Shown here: positions 1 through 8,500 of the stretch, in pieces | Position numbering within the stretch: the stretch's first letter is position 1 | Layout: each line of letters opens with the position of its first letter | Position numbers and translations under genes: made by a program | The notes under the pieces: generated by a model | Told to the model about the DNA's origin: nothing | Databases searched by the model: none | The model's input: only the letters and a program-made list of their open reading frames with translations | Source: Salpingoeca rosetta | Lineage: Eukaryota; Protista; Choanoflagellata | Reading direction: 5' to 3' | Assembly (NCBI GenBank): GCA_033442325.1 | Contig: JAWQFM010000017.1 | Location: 1,384,365-1,395,153, forward strand | Length of the DNA: 10,789 nt

Positions 1-651
1 TTGCAGTTAAAAAGCTCGTAGTTGGATTTCATGCGGGGTTTCACGGTGTGTGGGTGGGGGAGGGTGTGTTTTACTTGCCCCGCACTGTTTGCGCTCTGCA
101 GTTTAATATTCCCTGGTGGCGCCTTTGGCGCGTGCCCTTGATTGGGTGTGTGTCAAGTCACGTAGTGGTGGGGCGCTGTTGGGGGCTTTACTTTGAAAAA
201 ATTAGAGTGTTCAAAGCAGGCAGTCATTTGATTTGCTTGAATAGATTAGCATGGAACAACGGAAGAGGACTTTTGGGCCTGTACTGTTGGCGTGTGGTGC
301 GGGGGTGTGGAGTGAGAAACCGCAAGGTTTTCTTATTCCTCCCTCACCACATCGGGTCTGAAGTAATGATTAATAGGGACGGTTGGGGGCACTGGTATTT
401 CGTTGTCAGAGGTGAAATTCTTGGATTTACGAAAGACCGCCGACTGCGAAAGCATTTGCCAAGGACGCTTTCATTGATCAAGAACGAAAGTTAGGGGATC
501 GAAGACGATTAGATACCGTCGTAGTCTTAACCATAAACGATGCCGGCCAGGGCTCGGTGGGCAGCACAAATGTTTCAAAGCATGGTGGCGCCATCGGGAC
601 CTTTAGGGAAACCAAAGCGTTTGGGTTCCGGGGGGAGTATGATCGCAAGAT

Positions 652-698
<47 letters not shown>

Positions 699-731
699 GC
701 GGCTTAATTTGACTCAACACGGGGAAACTCA
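1..731 (+). rRNA. 18S rRNA: 18S (SSU) rRNA gene, partial (V4 to about helix 31), truncated at its 3' side by a telomeric tract
   Basis: Universal eukaryotic SSU motifs occur in the expected order: TTGCAGTTAAAAAGCTCGTAGTTGGA (1-26), TTTACTTTGAAAAAATTAGAGTGTTCAAAGCAGGC, GTAATGATTAATAGGGAC, GGTGAAATTCTTGGA, CAAGAACGAAAGTTAGGGGATCGAAGACGATTAGATACCGTCGTAGTC, GAAACTTAAAGGAATTGACGGAAGGGCACCACCAGGAGTGGAGCCTGCGGCTTAATTTGACTCAACACGGGGAAACTCA. The canonical continuation CCAGG is absent. Confidence 0.98.
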
Positions 732-1013
732 GGGTTAGGGTTAGGGTTAGGGTTAGGGTTAGGGTTAGGGTTAGGGTTAGGGTTAGTTAGGGTTAGGGTT
801 AGGGTTAGGGTTAGGGTTAGGGTTAGGGTTAGGGTTAGGGTTAGGGTTAGGGTTAGGGTTAGGGTTAGGGTTAGGGTTAGGGTTAGGGTTAGGGTTAGGG
901 TTAGGGTTAGGGTTAGGGTTAGGGTTAGGGTTAGGGTTAGGGTTAGGGTTAGGGTTAGGGTTAGGGTTAGGGTTAGGGTTAGGGTTAGGGTTAGGGTTAG
1001 GTTAGGGTTAGGG
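731..1013 (+). repeat. Telomeric (TTAGGG)n tract, 283 bp, G-rich strand on +
   Basis: AGGG (731-734) is followed by 8 TTAGGG, one TTAG (783-786), 35 TTAGGG, one TTAGG (997-1001) and 2 TTAGGG, giving 47 units by manual count. Confidence 0.99.
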
Positions 1014-1086
1014 CACGCGAACGTCAGCGCGCATGAACGGACGTACAGGGTGAGGAGAACGGTACCGAGCATGTCGTGGGTGAGGT

Positions 1087-1186
1087 NNNNNNNNNNNNNN
1101 NNNNNNNNNNNNNNNNNNNNNNNNNNNNNNNNNNNNNNNNNNNNNNNNNNNNNNNNNNNNNNNNNNNNNNNNNNNNNNNNNNNNNN
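1087..1186. other. Assembly gap (100 N; true size probably unknown)
   Basis: Run of exactly 100 N. Confidence 0.99.
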
Positions 1187-1502
1187 CCCGACGATTCGAC
1201 AAGTGGTATCGGTGGCCAGCCCATCGACCCTGGTGCAAGCAATGAAGATCGCCGAGGACGCGGACCAAGCCAAGGATGTATCCGGGACCCACTTCGCGCG
1301 CCGCACGTCAGTCTCTTCAAGCGGCACCTCCAAGTACCAGGCAAACAAGCAGGCCCCGCGACGTGACGATGGACCACGCAAGCGCCTGCCACCGCTGACA
1401 CCGGAGGAGCGCCAGCGACTGATGGCCGAGGGCGCCTGCTTCCGTTGCCGCAAGCCCGGCCACGGCTATGCTCAGTGTCCGGGAAACGGCCCGCTTCAGT
1501 GA
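1187..1502 (+). CDS. gag: Gag C-terminus (5' partial) with CCHC zinc knuckle
   Basis: LTPEERQRLMAEGA-CFRCRKPGHGYAQC matches Cx2Cx4Hx4C at 1437-1478, with the typical gypsy 'ERQR...G.CF.C' context. Stop codon TGA at 1500-1502. Confidence 0.93.
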
Positions 1503-1528
1503 GGGGTCTCGCGACCCTCCTGAAGCGG
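1481..1528 (+). promoter_or_regulatory. Putative -1 programmed ribosomal frameshift signal (slippery heptamer plus stem-loop)
   Basis: G_GGA_AAC at 1481-1487 is in correct X_XXY_YYZ phase with gag. CCGCTTCAG (1491-1499) pairs perfectly with CTGAAGCGG (1520-1528), and the inner stem GAGGG(G)TC/GACCCTC closes a TCGC loop. The -1 frame is open to 1825. Confidence 0.85.
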
Positions 1529-4500
1529 ACCACCCCACGCGAGCCACCACCCACCACAACGACAACCCCAGACACACACACAGACACAGACACAGCCACA
1601 GCCACAGCGTGCAGAGATCTACACGCGCACACGGACACAGACACAGACACAGCTACAGCGTGCAGAGACCTACACGCGCACACGGACACAGACACAGCAG
1701 CAGAGTCGTCGGACTCAGCAACCATGGATCAAGTCACTGCCGCAGCACACACAGCATTAGCCACGGTGGCAAACCTAGATGCGCAAACAAACGCCGACAC
1801 TGACACAGACACAGACATGCATTGACACTGGAACAGTGATGTCAACAACAGACACCCACACAGACCAGGACGCACATACAGACACAACCACACACACCGT
1901 CACAGACACAGCTACAGCGTGCAGAGACCTACACGCCCACAGACACACACACGCAGACACAGTGACGACGCCCGCCATAGCAACAACTGCGGGGGTAGAC
2001 CCACACAACGTCGCCGGCTCACAATCACCGCTTCCCTCCAGTGCGTCATGGAGGCCACCACCAACAACCGTGCGGAAGCCTCGACGATCCAGCCGCCTCG
2101 CACAAAAGGCGTACCTACGAGCATGGCAAGACAACCCACTGCTGGCCATGACGAGACAGCCCCCGCCAAGCCTCCGCAAGGAGCAGACCTCCCGCCGCGC
2201 GGGCGCTGCACGACCGGGACGCCGGAACGGAGATACCGATGGAGACGACGGCCAGGAGTACTCCTCCATCACCCTCACCGTTCGCACCGCACCCACAACA
2301 AGAAGCCAGCCACCGACCAACTACCTAAGCGCAGTTACCACAGCATCAACCCCGGCCTACGTTCCCCAACTACGTTTTCGTGCAACGATCAACGGTGTCC
2401 CATGCAACATCCTGTTGGACTCGGGGTGCACAACCGACGTGGTGGCCGAGGAGTTTGCCTTGAAAAACCTTAGGGTGACACAGGTACGCCAAGACACACA
2501 GGTCACGTACGGAGACGGATCCCACGTCTCCAGATCGAGCATGACAACGGCTACCCTCAAGGTGCAAGGCCTGACGACGACGCGGGACTTCCTCGTAATT
2601 CCAATTGGGGGAGTCGACGCCGTGTTGGGCAGACCTTTCCTCAAGGACTATGCTGCGCGCGTTGACCACATCAATGATCAAGTTCACCTCACAGATCCCA
2701 CCAACCCACGACAACCACTGCGTAATCCGGCACCCATGGAGCACAGCAACACAGACAAGGAACTGGCAGGCCGCGTCACTCTTCAAACAACACCAGCCAC
2801 GACACGGGACGACCGCGACAACGACCCAGCACTGTATCTGATATCCGCAACAGCAGTCGGCAAGGCGGCACGCGACCCAGACCAGCAACTGTTCCTAATC
2901 CACGTGCGTCCGGACGACATCCTCATCGACGAGCCTCAAGAACTGCCGACGCTCAAGGACCAACACCCGTTCGTTAAGGCTTTTCAAGACGTGTTCCCAG
3001 ATAAGCTGCCAGACGGTCTGCCACCAGAACGAGCAGTAGATCACAAGATTCCCACGACAGAGGACCACCGGCCTTATGCGCGCTCCCCTTACCGCCTGTC
3101 GCCACGCGAAAGGGTTGAGCTGAGGCGCCAGCTGCAGGAGCTCACACAGGCCGGCCACATTCGACCTAGCTCAGGTCCATATGGGGCGCCGGTGCTGCTG
3201 GTGAGGAAAGCCGACAACAGCCTCAGGCTGTGCGTCGACTACAGAGCCCTCAACCGTGAAACGGTGCGCGACGCGTACCCGCTTCCGCGGATCCAGGACG
3301 TGCTAGACCAGCTGGCCTCAGCCACAGTCTTCTCGTCACTGGATCTGAGATCGGGCTACCACCAAGTGAGAGTGGCTGAGGAGGACGTGGGCAAGACTGC
3401 GTTCAACACCCCGTACGGATCGTTCGAATGGTTGGTTCTTCCGTTTGGTCTCACGTCCGCACCAGGTACCTTCCAGAGGCTCATGAATGAAGTTCTTCGG
3501 GACTTCATTGGAGACTTTGTCCAGGTCTACCTCGACGATGTGATCATCTACAGTCGTAACATAGACGAGCACAAGGACCACGTGCACCAAGTACTCCGCC
3601 AGCTCCGCCGCCACCGCCTGTATGGCAAGGCGTCCAAATGCCAGTGGGCGCAAGACCAGATCAAGTTCCTCGGACACGTCGTGTCGGGACGCGGAGTGGA
3701 AACGGACCCTGACAAGATAGCAGCGGTCACCGAGTGGCCTCAGCCCAAGAACGTGCGCGACGTGCGCTCGTTTCTCGGATTCTGCAACTTCTACCGCCGA
3801 TTCGTCAAGGACTACGCATCGGTGGCCGCCCCCCTCACGGATCTCATGCACAAGGATAGAGCGTGGGAGTTCAACGACAAGGAGCGCAGTGCTTTCGACG
3901 CGCTCAAGACGGCAATGACAACGGCACCTGTGCTAGCCTACCCCGACGCAAGCCAGAAATACGTCGTGCAGACCGACGCCTCGGAGACAGCAGTAGGAGG
4001 AGTCCTCATGCAGAAGGGCCGTCCGGTTGCTTTCGAATCGCGACGATACAGAGGAGCCGAACAGAGATACGACGTCAGAGACAAGGAGGCACTGGCAATT
4101 GTCCATTGCTTGAGACAGTGGCGCCATTACCTTTACGGAGCAGACTTTGACATCAACACCGACCACAGAACATTGCAGTACCTCCAGACGCAGAAGGACA
4201 TCAAGCCGAGACACGCCCGATGGATGGAGCTGCTGTCGGAGTTTGGACGACTCGACATCCAGTACATCCCAGGCAAGCGTAATCAGGTGGCTGACGCCCT
4301 CAGTAGGAACCTCATGGACGTCAACCTCGCGACGATCTCAACCTCGTCGCCGACCAGCGCCCTTTTGGAGCAGATCCGCCAAGCAACACGGAAGATGCCA
4401 GGCCGGGAGCGCCAGCGCCTGCAGCAGCCACGTTTCAGCGAGGAAGAGGGCATCTTCTACCTCACCCAGCAACAGCGACGGCGAGTTTACGTCCCCAGAG

Positions 4501-4991
4501 ACAACCGTCTGCGCACCAAGATCCTGAAGGAGGCCCACGACGCCTCAACCCGCGGACACCGAGCAGCTTCTCAAACGCACCTGTATGTCAGCCAGCGCTT
4601 TTACTGGCCGAACCAGCTGCAAGATGCAATCAAGTATACGGCGTCCTGCGACCAATGCCAACGGAACAAGTACGACACCAGAGCCAAGGCCGGCCTTCTT
4701 CACCCGTTGCCGGTGCCGCCACACAACTGGCACACGGTATCCATGGACTTCATCACCGGGTTGCCCAGCACTGACGGCGGACTGGACGCCATACTGGTGG
4801 TCGTGGACAAGCTCTCAGAGCGCACCCACCTGCTTGCGACGACTAAGACTGTCACGGCCCAGGATACACCGCGGCTTTTCTTCAAGGAGATCGTGCGACT
4901 ACACGGGGGTGCCGGCACACATCGACTCGGACAGAGACGTTCGTTTCACCTCCACATTCTGGACTTGAGCTGTTCCGCTGTATGGGGACCA
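1487..4991 (+). CDS. pol: Pol polyprotein (spacer, aspartic protease, reverse transcriptase, RNase H, integrase), 3' partial, with frame disruptions at about 1816, 4905-4909 and 4965-4966
   Basis: Protease LLDSG (Asp codon 2418-2420) and DAVLGRPFL; RT YLDD (3528-3539); RNase H QTDAS (Asp codon 3975-3977), KEALAI, TDH and NQVADALSR; IN zinc finger H-x6-H...CDQC (about 4536-4658) and core MDF (Asp codon 4746-4748). SDRD continues in a shifted frame. The main uninterrupted ORF runs from 1779 to about 4904. Confidence 0.92.
1578..1941 (+). repeat. 51-bp minisatellite-like repeat (two tandem copies plus one dispersed partial copy) within (GACACA)n low-complexity sequence
   Basis: The core ACAGCGTGCAGAGA(T/C)CTACACGC starts at 1604, 1655 and 1914 and encodes TACRDLHAH each time. 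Confidence 0.9.
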
Positions 4992-5091
4992 NNNNNNNNN
5001 NNNNNNNNNNNNNNNNNNNNNNNNNNNNNNNNNNNNNNNNNNNNNNNNNNNNNNNNNNNNNNNNNNNNNNNNNNNNNNNNNNNNNNNNNNN
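4992..5091. other. Assembly gap (100 N; true size probably unknown)
   Basis: Run of exactly 100 N. Confidence 0.99.

Positions 5092-5144
<53 letters not shown>
5092..5144. repeat. (TG)n microsatellite, truncated by the gap
   Basis: Perfect dinucleotide run. Confidence 0.98.
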
Positions 5145-5147
<3 letters not shown>

Positions 5148-5372
5148 GTGCGTGTGTGAATCTGTACGGGTGAGCCGTTCTTCACGTGTTACAGGTAAAG
5201 TTGTTACATTGCGTGCAACACCTTTTGCTTGCTTGGGGCGTGCTAGCAGCTAGGCTGAGCTGACTCTGTTGTTATCTGTGTCGCCGCCTCCTCTTCTGGC
5301 GCTTTTGTGATTGTTACATTACCCTTACAACGCTGAGCTATTTGCATCAAACGAGAGTGGGGAAGGGGACTG

Positions 5373-5520
<148 letters not shown>

Positions 5521-5586
5521 GAACACCGCCGAATATTGGTGCAAGTTTTGGGACAATTTGCACCGATTGCATCCACACGCGCAACG

Positions 5587-8500
5587 ATGGTGCTCTTGTT
5601 GCTGCTCCTTCTTCCTGCGTCGTCAGCCGCCACCCTCAACACTGGTGGTGTACAGTCAGCAGGACCTCAGGAGCGCAACGGAGCAACGGACGACGCATGC
5701 GCACGCGCCTTGCAAGCGCTGGAAGCCATTCAAGCGTTGCAGCCAGTGATCTTATGCTCGGCATCATCCTTGCAGCCACACTTAAATGAGCTCCAAACCG
5801 CGGTGCACGCCTTGTGCCCTCTGCCAGGCAACATCGCAAATGCTGCCGCGGATGCTGCTGTAGATGCTGCTGATGCTGCTGTAGATGCTGCTGTAGATGC
5901 CGCGGATGATGCTGCTGATGATGGTGAAACTGTTGTTGACGTCTCCACCGACCACCACGCCGGCTTCAGCGGCCCACAAGAACCGCAAAGGACGATACAT
6001 GCGCGGCTGAGGCGCAACACAAACTCCTCGTCCACAACAACACTTTCACCTGCAGCAGACCCCACCACAGCGACATCCACCACCACCACCGCCGCCATTA
6101 CCACTGATACGCAGTCGTCCTCATCGGCGGCGCCTGCCACAGCAACCACAGTAACAGCAACCACAGTAACAGCGGTGACGACGACAACGACAACGACGTC
6201 GGCCCCCTCGCTGCGCCAGTTCTCCTGCACCATTCGCTTGTTGCTGCTTGGACGATGCCGCCTCAACAGCCCACGTGAACCTGGACGTCCGTTCAACCTC
6301 GCCTTCAACTCGCCAGACCGCCCCGCAAGCGATACCATCACGCCCGCGGCGACGGCTGCGTCTGCCCTGCGTGATCTCGTCGCCCTGTATCAGCCGCGTG
6401 ACGTCATCTTCCGGCGAACCATCTTCTCCGCGGACATGGAGTGGGTCCTGAACAACGCCGACTGGAGCAGCGTGGAGACCCTGCGCATCGACGGCCTCGT
6501 CGCCACCTCCTTCTCCCTCAACACCCTCAACCATTTTCCAAACCTTCGCGTCCTCAACATTGGCAGCAACCACATTAACGGCCTCGCCACAACTTTGCCG
6601 AGGGACGCCACGCCGTTCATGGGGGCGCACAAGCTGGAGGTGCTGGACGCCCGCAACAACTCCCTCTTCCACCTCCCGCCCGCCCTGTTCCAAGGCATGT
6701 CGAGCCTGCGCGTGCTCAACCTCACAGACAACTACATCACATCCTTGGAGGCAGGCGTTTTGCGCGATGCAACGGCGCTGGAGCACCTCTGGCTCTCGCT
6801 CAACTACATCACCGCCATCCACCCCGACGCCCTGCAGGGCTTGTCCATGCTGCGGGACCTGACCCTCGAGGACAACCACCTCAGCACCTTGGAGGAGCCC
6901 GTGTTCCGCGACCTCACCCGCCTGGAGCGCCTCATCCTCAGCGACAACGTCATCAACGCGCTGCCGCCCAGGCTGCTCCAGCACACGGTGAACCTGCGCC
7001 AGTTTGAGGTGGTGGACTCGTTCCTGCCGTCGCTGCCGGACACCTTCTTCCAGACCACCACGCGCATGGAGCGCCTTCTTCTCTTCAACGCGCGCCTCAC
7101 CGCACTGCCGCGGGCCCTCTTGCACAACATGCCGGCCCTCGACTACTTCAGCATCAGCGGCAACCGCGTGCGCTCTCTGCACCCAGACATGTTTCGGGGC
7201 CTGCGAAACATCACCAACATTTACATCAACCGCAACCACATCACGGCCCTGCCAGCTGGCCTCTTCAGCGACCAACCAAAGCTCAGCGTCCTGGGCCTCG
7301 GCCACAACAACATCGCCACCGTGCCCTCCACCGCATTTGAGGCCAACACCGCGCTCGTGTTCCTCGCGCTCAGCCACAACAAGCTCTCCGCGCTTCCCGC
7401 CTCCGCGCTTCGCAACAAGCCGCAGCTGCAGTCGCTCTACCTGGCCAACAACAACATCAGGCGCCTCTCCTTTGCTGACGATGACGATGACAGCAGCAGC
7501 AACAGCGGCAGCGGTGGCGGTGGCACCGCGCCCTTGACCGTGCTGCCCGCCCTGGAGATCCTCGACCTCTCCTTCAACCCGATTGAGGTCCTGCCGCCCC
7601 CGCACGTCATGCCAAACCTGACCACGCTGCGCGCCATTCACCACAGCATGTCCACCATCCACATGACGCCGCTGCTGTCGCTGCGCAGGCTCACGCGGCT
7701 TGAGCTCGCCTCGGACCTGGCCCGGCCCACCAGCACGCTCGCCTTCACCGCGGAGGAGGCGGAGCACGACACGGCACCGCCAAACCTGCGTTTCTTCGAC
7801 CTGCGCAATGTCGAGCTGTCCACGGCGTTTGTGCTGTTTGCGTACCAGCAGCAGCTGCGGCTGCGCCACATCAACCTGGGCTGGCCCGGCATGAGCGAGA
7901 GCACCGCGCCCATTGCGCAGATCTGCGACCTGTTCGACCAGGAAGTGGAGTACGTTGGCTTGCACAACACGGCGTACCGGCGCATTGAGCTGTGCCAGGA
8001 CAAGCGCATCCTCTCTGTCGGGCTGGAGGACAACCCGCGCCTGGAGCACCTCACCCTGCTGCACAACCTGAACCGCCTCAACGTGTCTGGCTGCACCAGC
8101 CTCCGCGACATGACGCTGCTCTCCGCTGACATCCTGGACATCAGCGGCACCCGCCTCATGTTCCAGCCGCCACTCTGCGACACGTGGGGCACGCATGTCC
8201 TGCTCGCAAGCAGAATTCGCCTCTCCCGCAAGGCGGACCTGGCCGACGTGGGTGCACACATCCAGCGCTGCCTGTCGCAGGTGGACGTGCTTGATCTGTC
8301 CCAAAACACGTGGCTCAACCAGGCCCACCTTGTGCAGACGCCGCCTATCGTGCTTAGCCGTGCCGGCTTCTGGTCGGAGGATTTTGCGGTGGCGCTGGCC
8401 AACAACCCGCGGGTCCCCGTGCTCACCATCAACGCAGGCAAGGTGTCATGCACGCTCGAGCTTGGCAACACGCAGGCGCGCGCGCGGGAGGCACGGGCAG

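Larger units (their letters stand above)
1187..4991 (+). mobile_element. Ty3/gypsy (Metaviridae) LTR retrotransposon, internal region; both ends lost in gaps; chromovirus-like
   Basis: A gag CCHC knuckle is followed by pol with domain order PR-RT-RH-IN, which is the Ty3/gypsy order. RT motifs LRLCVDYRALN, YPLPRI, LDLRSGYHQ, KTAF, PFGL and YLDD, and IN motifs GLLHPLPVP and WHTVSMDFITGLP resemble chromoviruses. No LTR or chromodomain is visible, so the clade assignment is inferred. Confidence 0.96.

Noticed and set aside
48-494. 148-aa ORF on +
   Set aside because: It lies entirely within 18S rRNA and is a chance ORF.
731-1086. Group I intron or R-element insertion in 18S
   Set aside because: No intron core, no element ORF and no resumption of 18S are visible; the inserted sequence is simple telomeric repeat.
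704-1453. Minus-strand ORF with (LT)n/(NP)n runs
   Set aside because: It is a translation of CCCTAA repeats read through an N gap.
1578-1700. CRISPR-like repeat array
   Set aside because: The repeats are tandem with no unique spacers, lie inside a eukaryotic retrotransposon ORF, and there are no cas genes.
4910-5173. C-terminal tail of the 1126-aa ORF (GAGTHRLG...CVCVCV)
   Set aside because: It is out-of-frame read-through after an indel, continuing across the gap into a TG microsatellite.
5536-5586. ORF-track start for the kinase gene
   Set aside because: It is a non-ATG start. ATG 5587 directly precedes the hydrophobic signal sequence.
6121-8328. 735-aa antisense ORF, and other long antisense ORFs over the kinase and pol
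   Set aside because: These are shadow ORFs expected from strong GC3 codon bias and have no recognisable motifs.
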